The notes below the pieces were generated by a model. It saw nothing but the letters and a program-made list of their open reading frames with translations. It searched no databases and had not been told where the DNA came from. A program made the position numbers and the translations under genes. From contig JBIPSI010000021.1 in NCBI GenBank assembly GCA_044070495.1, positions 1 through 64,000 of the forward strand: 64,000 nucleotides of DNA, given 5' to 3'. The stretch is from Spirulina sp. (lineage in GTDB: Bacteria > Cyanobacteriota > Cyanobacteriia > Phormidesmidales > Phormidesmidaceae). This document shows positions 31,254-41,510 of the stretch, piece after piece; the stretch's first letter is position 1, and each line of letters starts with the position of its first letter.

Positions 31254-32648
31254 TTGGCGGTACAACTCCAAGGGTCTCCACTGCGGGGGCTGCTTTGGGA
31301 TGGCTTGGCCCTTATTCACCCTTTGGCTGTGGCGGTTCTTTGGTATTTTCTGGGCCTGTTAACGGGCGTTCTACTGCTGGGATGGCCATGGCTCCGGCAG
31401 CGGGACCGGCAACGGCGTATTTTAGCCCTGCTCCGCACGTCATCCTGGCCGGTGGCTCTGGGGCGCATTGAGCAACTGGTAGCAGCCCACCCTGAACAAC
31501 AGGAAAAAATTGATCTGCTGGGCACCAGTCGCGACACCCTGGAGAGCGTTCTGCGCGTTGCCCCCGTGGGCTATTTGCAGGTGGATGAAGAAAATCAGTT
31601 GATTTGGTGCAATGAAGAAGCCATGCGACTGTTGCACATCAGTCAACCCCTGGCGGGGCCACTGCGGCAGCGACGGTTGTTGCTAGAGGTAGCCCGTTCC
31701 TACGAGCTAGACGCCCTGATTGATGAGGCGCGGGATCGGCAACAGCCCTGCCAGCGAGAATGGATGCTCTACCAAATTTCCCCCGACCCCCTGCATCCCA
31801 AGGAAAAACCCACCTATCCCCTGCGCGGCTATGCCCTGCCCCTCAGCGGTCGAGAGGTGGGTGTTTTTTTAGAGAATCGGCAGGAGGCGGCCCTGTTGGT
31901 GCAGCAGCGGGATCGCTGGACCTCCGATGTGGCCCACGAGCTTAAAACGCCCCTCACCTCCATTCGCCTTGTGGCTGAAACCCTCCAGCCCAGGGTTGAT
32001 CCGGCCCTAAAGGTTTGGCTGGATCGGCTGATTAACGAAACGATTCGCCTCAGCAACTTGGTGGAAGATCTGCTCAACCTCAGCCGTTTGCAGGGAGGTC
32101 AGTTCCAGGGCTTAACCCTCAAATCGGTGGATCTACCTTCCCTGATTCAGTCGGCTTGGCACAGCCTAGAACCCCTGGCCCAGGTAAAGCACCTCACCCT
32201 CGACTACCAGGGGCCTCGCGAATATCGGGTGCCCCTCGATGAAACCCTGTTCCATCGGGTCTTGCTGAACCTGATGGACAACGCGATTAAACACAGCCCC
32301 AACGGCGCGGCCATCTACCTCTGCCTAGTTCCTGGTTCCCCCAACGCATCGGCCGGGGAAGCCGCCTTTTCCCTGGATGTCATTGACGGCGGTACGGGCT
32401 TTAGCCCTAAGGATCTGCCCCACATTTTTGATCGATTCTACCGAGCCGATCCCTCCCGTAGCCGCAACGCCCTGGCGTCCTCCTCCGAGGTCACCCCCAC
32501 GGAGATGGGACAGGGCACAGGGCTAGGGCTCGCCATCGTGCACCAAATTTTGGAGGCCCACGGCGGCACCATCACCGCTGCCAACCATCCCGATTTAGGG
32601 GGAGCCTGGCTTCGTATCACCCTGCCCCAGGGCGAGGATGACCGCTAA
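31254..32648 (+). CDS. sphS: Sensor histidine kinase, SphS/PhoR-like
   Basis: N-terminal TM, PAS-like region with LLEVARSYELD, H-box DVAHELKTPLTS, NLMDNAIKHS, FDRFYRADPSR, GTGLGLAI; start uncertain. Confidence 0.75.
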   Translation: MAVQLQGSPLRGLLWDGLALIHPLAVAVLWYFLGLLTGVLLLGWPWLRQRDRQRRILALLRTSSWPVALGRIEQLVAAHPEQQEKIDLLGTSRDTLESVLRVAPVGYLQVDEENQLIWCNEEAMRLLHISQPLAGPLRQRRLLLEVARSYELDALIDEARDRQQPCQREWMLYQISPDPLHPKEKPTYPLRGYALPLSGREVGVFLENRQEAALLVQQRDRWTSDVAHELKTPLTSIRLVAETLQPRVDPALKVWLDRLINETIRLSNLVEDLLNLSRLQGGQFQGLTLKSVDLPSLIQSAWHSLEPLAQVKHLTLDYQGPREYRVPLDETLFHRVLLNLMDNAIKHSPNGAAIYLCLVPGSPNASAGEAAFSLDVIDGGTGFSPKDLPHIFDRFYRADPSRSRNALASSSEVTPTEMGQGTGLGLAIVHQILEAHGGTITAANHPDLGGAWLRITLPQGEDDR

Positions 32649-32725
32649 GAACTTATACCTAGGGAACAATTGCTATAATCGTATACTGATCCACTTTTAA
32701 TTCATTTTTTTAGGGGTTCCCCTCC

Positions 32726-33514
32726 ATGGCAGAGCGCCTCCAAAAGCTGCTGTCCCAGCATGGTCTGGCCTCTCGACGCAAGGCCGAAGAGTGGATTGTG
32801 GCTGGGCGGGTCACCGTGAATGGTGTTCCGGCCCACCTCGGTCAAAAGGTCGATCTCGCCCACGACCAAGTCTGCGTTGACCAGCGACCCCTAGTGCCTC
32901 AGCAGCGTCCCCAGTCCCATTATTTCTTGCTGAACAAGCCCCTAGGGGTAGTCTCCACCTGTGCCGATCCAGAGGGTCGTCCCACTGTCATCACTATCCT
33001 GCCATCCTCCCTACACACCCTGGGGCTGCATCCCGTGGGGCGGCTGGATACTTACTCCACCGGGGCCTTAATTCTGACTAACGACGGCGACTTTACCTAT
33101 CGCCTCACCCACCCCAAGCATGACGTTGCCAAGCGCTACCAGGTGCGGGTGGCGGGAAAGGTCTCCCCAGAAACCCTAGCCACCTGGCGACGAGGAATTC
33201 CCCTTGATGGTCGCCCGACCCGCTCTGCGGAGGTAGACATCCTAGGCACCCCCACCCCCCATCACACCGATCTGGCGATTACCCTGTGGGAGGGACGCAA
33301 TCGCCAAATTCGCCGTGTGGCCGAGGCCCTGGGGCATCGCGTATTGCGCCTTCATCGCCTATCGGTGGGGCCAGTCCACCTAGACAAGCTAAAAGGGGGG
33401 GCTTACCGATCTTTATCCGCAGCCGAAATTAGGGCATTATTAGCTGAGTCAGAGGTTCAACCGACAAGCCCACAGTTACCCTCACAGGTTCTCGTTGGTA
33501 CGTCGCCGTTTTAG
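32726..33514 (+). CDS. rRNA pseudouridine synthase (RsuA/RluB family)
   Basis: S4 domain ERLQKLLS..SRRKAE, HPVGRLD, EGRNRQIRR. Confidence 0.92.
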   Translation: MAERLQKLLSQHGLASRRKAEEWIVAGRVTVNGVPAHLGQKVDLAHDQVCVDQRPLVPQQRPQSHYFLLNKPLGVVSTCADPEGRPTVITILPSSLHTLGLHPVGRLDTYSTGALILTNDGDFTYRLTHPKHDVAKRYQVRVAGKVSPETLATWRRGIPLDGRPTRSAEVDILGTPTPHHTDLAITLWEGRNRQIRRVAEALGHRVLRLHRLSVGPVHLDKLKGGAYRSLSAAEIRALLAESEVQPTSPQLPSQVLVGTSPF

Positions 33515-34305
33515 TGAATGCTCCCTGTATGAAGACAAAACAGTTGGTTGATTCTAACCGCTTGTACCAAACCCAGCTCATTGAACTGGGCAAATTGTTA
33601 CAGGCCGCTCGGCAAGACCAAGGCTACTCCTTGGAATCCATGGCGAGCAAAACCCTGATTCGGGCCAGCTTGCTGACGGCTATCGAACAGGGCAACCTCG
33701 ATGGTTTGCCAGAACCGGTTTACATCCGGGGACTGCTGCGTCGCTACGGCGATGCCCTCAACCTGGATGGCGACACCCTGTCTAGCCAGTTCTTCGCGCC
33801 AGCGCAGCCTCAGGTTCGATCCTGGAAGGACTCCCCGGCGGCTCAATTACGTCCCCTCCACCTCTATGCGGCCTACTTTGTGGTGCTCATGGCGGCGGTC
33901 AGCGGGCTATCCTATCTGCTGAAGCAGACCGCCCCAGAAACCACGATGCTGCCGCCCCTAGATCCCCTGAACTCGGTGGAAACGCCTGCCACCCCCACCG
34001 CTCCAGCTATCCCTGAGGCACCCCCGGAGGTGGCGGCATCGAATGCTCCCATTGCCGTCAAAACCACCCTGACGGCCCAATCTTGGATGCGCGTCACCAC
34101 CGACGGCAGCACTACCTTTGAAGGAATTTTGCAGCCGGGGGACAGTCGCCTGTGGACGGCGGATCAAGCCCTTACCATTCGGGCAGGCAATGCGGGGGCG
34201 GTGGTGATTAGCTACAACAATCGGCAGGCCGAGCCCCTGGGCCAGCCTGGCATGGTGAAGGAAGTGACCTACTCCTCCGACAACATGGTCAGTCTCATCC
34301 CCTAG
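33514..34305 (+). CDS. RodZ-like HTH/TM/DUF4115 protein
   Basis: LPEPVYIRGLLRRY HTH, single TM, SWMRVTTDG..RAGNAG; start GTG 33514 or ATG 33529. Confidence 0.85.
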   Translation: MNAPCMKTKQLVDSNRLYQTQLIELGKLLQAARQDQGYSLESMASKTLIRASLLTAIEQGNLDGLPEPVYIRGLLRRYGDALNLDGDTLSSQFFAPAQPQVRSWKDSPAAQLRPLHLYAAYFVVLMAAVSGLSYLLKQTAPETTMLPPLDPLNSVETPATPTAPAIPEAPPEVAASNAPIAVKTTLTAQSWMRVTTDGSTTFEGILQPGDSRLWTADQALTIRAGNAGAVVISYNNRQAEPLGQPGMVKEVTYSSDNMVSLIP

Positions 34306-34440
34306 GTTCCGTCTTGCCTGAGGCGATGAGGGCGAAGCTTGGAGGTGAAGGCTGTATGGGTTGGGTTACTTACGCTCAGTCCCTGGCCCAAAGGGGAGAG
34401 AGGTAGAACCGTTTGGGGCTTCCTTCTCCCTCCCCAGGGG

Positions 34441-35295
34441 CTAGCTAGGGTTGGGTTGAACCGCCTCACCACTGAGGTTGTAGATGAAAGGAACGTTGCT
34501 TCCTTGCCCATCGCCAATCACCAGCACCTGCGGCACCAAAGCTCCACCAGACTTCCAGGCTTCAATGGCCTCCTTTTGCAGCACTAGCTGACCACCTTGG
34601 GCTTTCAGGGTTTCGGCAATCAGGCGCTGGGCTTCGGCGCGGCCCTTGGCTCGGTTAACTTCCGCCTGGGCTTCCTGTTCGGCTTCCTGGGCGATGTAGA
34701 CCGCTCGGCGGGCGCGCTGTTCGGCAATTTGTTTGTCTTCTACGGCCTTGGCAAACTCCGTTGAGAAGGTCAGGTCTACTACGCTCGTATCCAGCACCAG
34801 GATGCCGTACTTGGCAAGCCGGGAGGTGAGGGCGTCGTCAAAATCTTGCTTGAGTTCTGCCCGCTGGGTGATGGCTTCCTCAACGGTGCGGCGGGCAGCG
34901 GCAATTTTGAAGGACTCCTGGGTTTGGGGAGCCACAATTTTAGACACCAGGTTTTCTAGGGTGCCCTGGGTGCGGCGAATGTTGACCACCTCGGTAGGGT
35001 CTAGGCGAAAGTTAATGGCAAACCGCCCTGACAGATCCTGCAAGTCCTTGGTGGAGCTTTGGGCTGGAACCTCAAATTTTTGCACCGTCACATCGTAGAC
35101 ATCCACCGTGGACACCAGGGGCGGTTTCAGATGCAAGCCCTCCAGCAGGGCACCGTCCTGGGCCTTACCTAGGATGCTCAACACCCCCGCCTGACCGGGG
35201 TTAATAATCACAAAGCTACTGGTAAGCAGCGCCAATCCCACAATGGCCAACACACTCAGGATGACAGGCTGCCAGTTTGCCGAAGTTGATTTCAA
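34441..35295 (-). CDS. Prohibitin/SPFH (band 7) family protein
   Basis: N-terminal TM, SSTKDLQ, FAKAVEDKQIAEQ, AKGRAEAQRL. Confidence 0.9.
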   Translation of the reverse strand: MKSTSANWQPVILSVLAIVGLALLTSSFVIINPGQAGVLSILGKAQDGALLEGLHLKPPLVSTVDVYDVTVQKFEVPAQSSTKDLQDLSGRFAINFRLDPTEVVNIRRTQGTLENLVSKIVAPQTQESFKIAAARRTVEEAITQRAELKQDFDDALTSRLAKYGILVLDTSVVDLTFSTEFAKAVEDKQIAEQRARRAVYIAQEAEQEAQAEVNRAKGRAEAQRLIAETLKAQGGQLVLQKEAIEAWKSGGALVPQVLVIGDGQGSNVPFIYNLSGEAVQPNPS

Positions 35296-35672
35296 GGGAT
35301 CCTCTCCACACCACGTTGCCCTTCTACCGTACCGAGGATTGCCCTAAATCGCCGGGATTCTTTAGGAATACTCACGATTGACCGTAGACACGGGTGAGCT
35401 ACCCCCGCGATTTGCCTTAGCAGGTAGGGGACAGGATTGGCTGTCAGACCTTAGGCTGTGGGACGGAAGGCGAGCCTAGGATCGGTTGGCTAGGTTCCTG
35501 TAAAACGTATGGCAGACTGCCAAAGTCATCCATCTTGGTATGCCAGCCTACAAAAGCTTAAGGGATTATTGGTCGGAGCTTAACCTAGCTAAGGGAGTCC
35601 CTTAACGTTGGGTGCTGAAGATAGAGACGGGCAGCCATTGTGCTGGGCATCGTCTAGGCCAAAGTCTCGGCC

Positions 35673-36404
35673 ATGCCTAACCCTAGGCCGCATCGGCTGA
35701 TCCTTCGGCGCATTCTGGGTATTTCTGTGTCTATTGCCCCGGCTATTTCCTACGCAGCCACCCTTGGAGAGCAGTCCCAGCGAAGTTTTATTGATTTGCT
35801 GGAGCAGCTTTATCGAGAGCGATCCCTGATGGCTTACCCCGCAGGGCAGGCGATTCCGTTAAAGCCAGAGGAGGTTTTGGTGGTGTGCCGGGGGGTGGTT
35901 CAACTGTTCACCATCCAGCCAGAGGGCAGCGAAACCCTGCTGGGACTGGCGGGGCCATCCATGCCCATGGGCCTTCCCCTCACCCTGGTGGATCCCTACT
36001 GGGCGACGGCCCTCACCGATGTTGATGTGCTGGTGTTGCCCTTCGGCGAAATTGAGGCTTCCCCGGTGTTGATGACGGGGGTATTTCGGAATCTTACCCT
36101 GCGTCTTCAGCAAACCGAAGCCTGGTTGGCACTATCGGGCAAGCGTTTGGTGGCGGATCGGCTGCGGCACTTTTTGGTACTCCTCGCCAAGGACTTTGGC
36201 CAGGTAGAACCCCAGGGCATTCGGATTCCCCTGAAACTTACCCATCACCAACTGGCCACCGCCATTGGCACCACCCGCGTCACCGTCACCCGCCTGCTGA
36301 AAGAGTTTAAGACAGAGGGCTGGCTGACCCTAGACCAGCGCCACATCATTCTCAATACTGGAAACCAGTCTTTGGCAACCCAATTGCTCGACCCCCGGTT
36401 TTAG
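35673..36404 (+). CDS. Crp/Fnr family transcriptional regulator
   Basis: cNMP-like N-domain and HTH LTHHQLATAIGTTRVTVTRLL; start uncertain. Confidence 0.88.
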   Translation: MPNPRPHRLILRRILGISVSIAPAISYAATLGEQSQRSFIDLLEQLYRERSLMAYPAGQAIPLKPEEVLVVCRGVVQLFTIQPEGSETLLGLAGPSMPMGLPLTLVDPYWATALTDVDVLVLPFGEIEASPVLMTGVFRNLTLRLQQTEAWLALSGKRLVADRLRHFLVLLAKDFGQVEPQGIRIPLKLTHHQLATAIGTTRVTVTRLLKEFKTEGWLTLDQRHIILNTGNQSLATQLLDPRF

Positions 36405-36442
36405 GCAGGATCTAAACCAAGTCCAGGTTTCAATGACGGGCA

Positions 36443-37276
36443 TTAAATCACGTCGGCAAAGGTGCGTTCCATGCGGCGGAAGTAGAGAATTCCGGTGAAG
36501 AGCAGGACTAACACCAGCAGCAGGGACAGCAAAAATCCAGGCCAAAAGAGTTGCACATCGCCGCCAATGATGGCCCAACGAAAGCCGTCGATCACCCCCA
36601 CCATGGGGTTGAGGGAGTACAGCATTCGCCAGCGGTCGGGCACGATGGCGCTACTGAAGCCCACGGGCGAAATATACAGACCAAACTGCACCAAAAACGG
36701 CACTACATAGCGAAAGTCGCGGTACTGCACATTGAGGGCCGCTAGCCACAGCCCCGCCCCCATGGCCGCCGCAAAGGCAATGGCGGTAAACAGCGGCAGG
36801 GTGAGGATACGCCAGGAGGGCACCGCGTTGTACCAGGCCATCAGCCCCAGCAGGATCACGCCGGAAATCAAGAAGTCCACAAAGCTAACAATCACGGCAC
36901 TGGTAGGCACCACCAATCGGGGAAAGTACACCTTAGAAATCAGGTTGGCGTTGGTGATCAGGCTGTTGCTGCATTCCGAGAGGGCATTGGCAAAAAACTG
37001 CCAGGGCAGCATGGCAGAAAACACCAGGATTGGGTAGGGGGCATCGCCTTCACTGGGCAGGTTAGCCAAACGGCCAAACACCACCGTAAACACCACCATG
37101 GTTAAAAAGGGTCGAATCAGCGCCCAAGCCACCCCCACCACGGTTTGCTTGTAGCGCACCAAAATATCTCGCCAGGCCAGGAAGTAAAACAACTCCCGGT
37201 AGCGCCACAGATCGCGAAAGTACTGGGCCTCGGTACGGCCAGCTTCAATCACCAGTTCAGGAATGGGTTCAGCCAT
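36443..37276 (-). CDS. ABC-2 polysaccharide export permease (Wzm/RfbA type)
   Basis: DLWRYRELFYFLAWRDILVRYKQT, LISKVYFPR, LNPMVGVIDGFRW, FADVI end. Confidence 0.9.
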   Translation of the reverse strand: MAEPIPELVIEAGRTEAQYFRDLWRYRELFYFLAWRDILVRYKQTVVGVAWALIRPFLTMVVFTVVFGRLANLPSEGDAPYPILVFSAMLPWQFFANALSECSNSLITNANLISKVYFPRLVVPTSAVIVSFVDFLISGVILLGLMAWYNAVPSWRILTLPLFTAIAFAAAMGAGLWLAALNVQYRDFRYVVPFLVQFGLYISPVGFSSAIVPDRWRMLYSLNPMVGVIDGFRWAIIGGDVQLFWPGFLLSLLLVLVLLFTGILYFRRMERTFADVI

Positions 37277-37514
37277 GGGGGCAACGTCGATGCCTACAGT
37301 GTCTAGACTACCCAGAAGCCGTCCCGATGTGCGCTTTATTCCCGCTGCACCTAACCCCGCCGCCCCCGCCCCAGTTCCAACCATTCACCGTAGGGGAGAG
37401 GTTCCCTCGCCCTGATCCACGGGCAGCCAGGTATCCATTATTTATTAGAACCTGTAGGGGATAGGTCTCCTGCCCCTTTGACCGCTCTGAGTTCTGGCCA
37501 GGTTTGTCCGTCAA

Positions 37515-39149
37515 TCAGGGGGTATTGATCAGGGGGTAGATCTGACTCAAGTTAAGTTCTCCCATGGCAATGGGTTCAGGGAAAGAGAACTGGTTGAGAA
37601 TTTTGGGGTGAACTTCGCCAAACTCGCCAATGGTTTGCCCATTCATCTGCACCAGGGCCGACCGTCCTGGAATGTAGTAGGGGCTGTGACCTTCAGTAAG
37701 ATCGTAGGTAACCCCCAAGGCCCGCAGCAGGGTTTGCAGGTAGGCCTTGGCCGTGGAAAAGGACGCCCTGGCATTGAGGCTGGCAAAGCCCCAGGACTGG
37801 GATTCTTCGCCCTGTCCATCGGCGGCGAGGCGGAGAATTTCCCCGGTTTCGTAGAGGTTGATGGGTTTGGGGGCATTGATGTTGCAGGATAGAACCTCCA
37901 GAAGCCCGACCTGGAGTGTGGTGCGGGTGGCGCTGTAGGCACGGCTTTTGGCGTTGCTGGTTTGTAAGTAGTGTTCAGAAAACAGGGCCAACAGGGTGGG
38001 ATCGGTGAGGACATGGCCCTTCACCTCCATTAGCCCCAAGCGCTGGGACACATCGCACACCCGAAACACAAACTGGCGTAGTCCATCGGCCTCGCCCAGG
38101 TGAAACTTCACCGACAGCGGTTCTGGCTGAAAGCTATCAATCCCCAGGGCTACCATCAAATCTCCAGCCAAATCTACCTGGCTGATCAGGTCGGTGCGGT
38201 AGGTGGGCACATAGACCTCGTTCGTGCCGCTGACCACCAGATCCATGCGCCCCAACACCTGGCCCAGCTTGGCCTTAGGAATGGCCGACCCCATGATTTC
38301 ATTCAAAAACCGCGCCGAAAAGGACACGGCACGCCGATCTAGGCTAGGGGTAACCTGCGATCCGGCGGGGGTAACCACGGTGACGGTCTGCACCTCGGCC
38401 CCAGTGTCTAAAAAATTATGGGCCAGAATATTAATGGTTTCCTGCACCGTGCGATCTAAAATGCCCGTGACATCGATAAACAGGTTGCGGGTGTCGGCGG
38501 AAATCTCCCCCACGCCAGCGGCGTTAATGATCGGCGGCAGCGAGAGCACCTGCCCCTGGGCATCGCGCAGCACGGGCACGGTGTCTCCCTCCGGCAGGGT
38601 AGAGCCATAGAGCTTACCAGCGGGGTGGTGGGCCAGCAGATTGACGGCGGTGAGGGGGGCCGTTTCCCCTAGGGGCACAAAGGTAACGTCGGTTTTGGCC
38701 TGGGCCGTGTAGGTGAGGGGGCCAACGATGCGATCCAGGTCGTAGACCCCAATGGCGATCTTTTTGCGTTGGCGACCAAAGGTTTGGGTCACCTTCTCCT
38801 GAAACTGAATCAACACCTCCAGTCCGCCATCCCGAAGATGGGCCTGCCGCACCACCAACGCCGCCAGGTGAGGCCGTAATCCTAAAACTGACGGATCCAC
38901 GGTGACCCGATAGCCCGAATCGGCTAGGGTTTCGGGCACAGTGCGGGGTTGCCCACCATAGATATTCATCGCCCGAATAAAGCCCTCGGCGGATAAGAGG
39001 TCGGGCCGTTCGGCGGTTACCTCCACCTCTAGGTTGTCCTCCCGCAGGGTGACTTCTAGGCCGTAGTCAAAGGCCTGTCGTTCAAGCTGGGCCAGGGGTG
39101 TTTGGGTGAGCTGCTGAAGGTAAGACAGGGGAAACGTTACCGTGGGCAT
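37515..39149 (-). CDS. Archaeal/eukaryotic-type phenylalanine--tRNA ligase beta subunit-like protein, orphan
   Basis: MPTV start, ERPDLLSAEG, QEK..GRQRKKIAIGVYDLD, VLSLPPIINA, LFIDVTG, VPTYRTDL, GEFGEVHP; 544 aa with no OB-fold or C-terminal anticodon-binding domain. Confidence 0.85.
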   Translation of the reverse strand: MPTVTFPLSYLQQLTQTPLAQLERQAFDYGLEVTLREDNLEVEVTAERPDLLSAEGFIRAMNIYGGQPRTVPETLADSGYRVTVDPSVLGLRPHLAALVVRQAHLRDGGLEVLIQFQEKVTQTFGRQRKKIAIGVYDLDRIVGPLTYTAQAKTDVTFVPLGETAPLTAVNLLAHHPAGKLYGSTLPEGDTVPVLRDAQGQVLSLPPIINAAGVGEISADTRNLFIDVTGILDRTVQETINILAHNFLDTGAEVQTVTVVTPAGSQVTPSLDRRAVSFSARFLNEIMGSAIPKAKLGQVLGRMDLVVSGTNEVYVPTYRTDLISQVDLAGDLMVALGIDSFQPEPLSVKFHLGEADGLRQFVFRVCDVSQRLGLMEVKGHVLTDPTLLALFSEHYLQTSNAKSRAYSATRTTLQVGLLEVLSCNINAPKPINLYETGEILRLAADGQGEESQSWGFASLNARASFSTAKAYLQTLLRALGVTYDLTEGHSPYYIPGRSALVQMNGQTIGEFGEVHPKILNQFSFPEPIAMGELNLSQIYPLINTP

Positions 39150-39352
39150 GGGCCAAGGAGAATAGACAAACTCAGGGGCGTCGCGCAACGCGAGGGGCTA
39201 TTGAAGCCGAATCAAGGCACGATCACAATGTTATGAACGCAGAATCGAAGCACAACCGAAGCACACTATATCCTATCTGGCCCTAGCCTCAGCCAAGGCC
39301 CTAGCCGCGCCGCCCCACACCATTCCCTGGGGGTGTGAGATAATGGCCTGCC

Positions 39353-40330
39353 ATGATGCCTAGATCCCCAGCCCAGCCCTCAAATCTGCTGATTAAGCTC
39401 AGCCGCCGCCTGTTCGACCAAGCGGAACAACAGTCTGCCTTTGTGGAAGCCCTCACCTCGCCCCCAACCTTTCCCCAGGCCATTCTGTGGACTCAGCCCC
39501 GCCCGTCGGAGGTGCCCTTTGACCTTGCCCCCGCCTTGCCCTGGCAGCCGCCCGCTGTGGATCGCCTCTGGCCCGACCAGCGCCCTGGACAGCATCCCCT
39601 ACACCAGGCGGGGGCCTACTACTGCCTAGACATGGCCTCGGTCTTTGCGGCGGCGGTGTTGAACGCGATCCCAACCTCGGTTGATCTGGTGCTGGATATG
39701 TGTGCGGCACCGGGGGGCAAAAGTTTGCTGGCCCGTCAGCAGCTCCGGCCCAAACAGCTTTGGTGCAATGAAGTCATCCGTAAGCGGGTCAGAATCCTCA
39801 TCGCCAACCTCAAACGCTGTGGGGCCATGGAGAGCCTAGTGTTCAACCTAGACCCGAAAATTTGGGCTGAACATCTACCCCAAGCCGCCTCGGTGGTGAT
39901 TGTGGATGCCCCCTGTAGTGGCCAATCCCTCCTCGCTAAGGGCGATCAAGCCTTGGGTTGTTTCCATCCGATCACCATCAAGAAAAACGCCAGTCGCCAA
40001 AAACGCATTCTGGGCCAAGCCGCCCAAACCGTGGCTGGGGGCGGCTACCTTGCCTACATGACCTGCACCTTCTCCCCGGAGGAAAACGAACAGGTGGCGG
40101 CGTGGTTGCTGAAGCACTTTCCCCAGTTTGAGGCGGTGCCCGTTCCCCTCCTCGCCGACCATCAGTCGCCCTTGGCCGAGTTTCCCTGCTATCGGCTGTG
40201 GCCCCAAATGGGCCTAGGGGCTGGAGGGTTTACGGTACTCTTCCGCAACCGAGATCTCCACCACTACCCCGCCACGCTCCCCGATGCCCTCGCCACCTAC
40301 ACCCTGCACCTTTATGCAGACCAGGAGTGA
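39353..40330 (+). CDS. RsmB/RsmF/NOP2-family RNA m5C methyltransferase
   Basis: LDMCAAPGGKS, VDAPCSG, YMTCTFSPEENE. Confidence 0.9.
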   Translation: MMPRSPAQPSNLLIKLSRRLFDQAEQQSAFVEALTSPPTFPQAILWTQPRPSEVPFDLAPALPWQPPAVDRLWPDQRPGQHPLHQAGAYYCLDMASVFAAAVLNAIPTSVDLVLDMCAAPGGKSLLARQQLRPKQLWCNEVIRKRVRILIANLKRCGAMESLVFNLDPKIWAEHLPQAASVVIVDAPCSGQSLLAKGDQALGCFHPITIKKNASRQKRILGQAAQTVAGGGYLAYMTCTFSPEENEQVAAWLLKHFPQFEAVPVPLLADHQSPLAEFPCYRLWPQMGLGAGGFTVLFRNRDLHHYPATLPDALATYTLHLYADQE

Positions 40331-40461
40331 TACCCGATCCGAATAAGATAACTCCGGTTCCTAACCCGTCAAACCGCAGGGGCGATGTCTCCCACCCGTT
40401 GGAACCGAGTAGCTGTGGGGCAAGACCCGCCAGCTTTAATTCAGCCGTAGGGTAGGCACCC

Positions 40462-40512
40462 TTAATTCAGCACCCTTCCACTCTCGCTCCCTAACCTCCG
40501 TAAAAGTCTTCG
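40462..40512 (+). repeat. Imperfect 51-bp direct repeat, copy 1 (copy 2 at 41819-41869)
   Basis: TTAATTCAGC..TTCCAC..TCCCTAAC-N6-AAAAGTCTTCG in both copies; each preceded by a CCGTAGGGTA REP-like remnant. Confidence 0.7.
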
Positions 40513-40958
40513 TCTAGCATTTCCTGACTAGAAAAAGGGCAACTTAGCGGATAATCGGCCTCGGATGGCGTAGGAATTCCAAATTTTGCCAGCTTACCCT
40601 CCTTAATCGCAATCTTGCGAGCATTGGGATAGGCTTGCTCCATCGTTTCCGATAGAAAAGTCTTCAACGACGGGGTACTCTCCAAGCTATCCAACACCCG
40701 CTGACGATGTTCAAGGACAGAGCTATACCAGCTTCCTTTCATAGTTTCTGGGGCGGTAGATTGAACCCGCAGTTTCAGTAAATGGGCCAGAAGAATCGTG
40801 AGGTTGCTCTTTAGGGCATTTTTTTCGGATCGGCCCAACTCTGTCAACTCCTCAATTAAATGCTCAATATCTAGCCCCTCAAACTGCCGCTTTTGCAATT
40901 GCTGTATCGTCTGGCTGAGCCATTGCTGAAAATCATGGTCGTAGAGAGTCTTGTCCAT
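40491..40958 (-). CDS. DUF29 family protein
   Basis: LYDHDFQQW, LDIEHLIEEL..LGRSE, LLAHLLK, TPSLK, YPLSCPF..LDEDF. Confidence 0.9.
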   Translation of the reverse strand: MDKTLYDHDFQQWLSQTIQQLQKRQFEGLDIEHLIEELTELGRSEKNALKSNLTILLAHLLKLRVQSTAPETMKGSWYSSVLEHRQRVLDSLESTPSLKTFLSETMEQAYPNARKIAIKEGKLAKFGIPTPSEADYPLSCPFSSQEMLDEDFYGG

Positions 40959-41436
40959 CGTCTGACCTCACGGCAAAGGCATCTGTCCCACTGGCAAAGT
41001 ATTCTAGCGTCGTGGGGTCGGGCTGACTGTCAAAGTACTTGGCCAGCACTTGCTCGAACACCGACCCCGGTGGCGAGATCCTGGCGAACAGGGTGCAGCA
41101 GGAACGCAGTTTTCGATCATCCGGTGTGCCAAAAATGTCGTAGGCCGATAGCTCCTCTAAGGCCAGAACGGCTGCGGTAATTTCTAGCAACCGTGGCCCC
41201 AGGATGGGATGCTGCAAATAGGCTTTGGCCTCTGCGGCATCCCCAATGGCATAGGTTTGGGACATTTCACTCAAGCCGAGTCCCCGCATTTGCGGGAAGA
41301 TGTACCACATCCAGTGGGACTGTTTGTAGCCGTTACGCACCTCGGCCAGGGCGATGGCATAGTCATCCTGTTGAGCCTGCACAAAGCGGTCGAGATCATC
41401 CTCACCGGCTGGGAAATTAGGCGGCAGCGCACTCAT
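40933..41436 (-). CDS. DUF1810 family protein
   Basis: DLDRFVQAQ, KQSHWMWYIFPQ, EAKAYLQHPILGPRL, IFGTPDDRKL. Confidence 0.9.
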   Translation of the reverse strand: MSALPPNFPAGEDDLDRFVQAQQDDYAIALAEVRNGYKQSHWMWYIFPQMRGLGLSEMSQTYAIGDAAEAKAYLQHPILGPRLLEITAAVLALEELSAYDIFGTPDDRKLRSCCTLFARISPPGSVFEQVLAKYFDSQPDPTTLEYFASGTDAFAVRSDDGQDSLRP

Positions 41437-41510
41437 GGGACAACCTCACAGAACAACCTAGAATGGAGGGGATAACAGTCCCGACGGCATTATTCTCCTG
41501 CATCTAGGCC

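Noticed and set aside
35538..35608. GTA-N8-TAC (35538-35551) and Pho-box-like CTTAACCT/CTTAACGT upstream of the Crp gene
   Set aside because: No correctly spaced -10 for NtcA and the middle Pho unit does not match; compatible with chance
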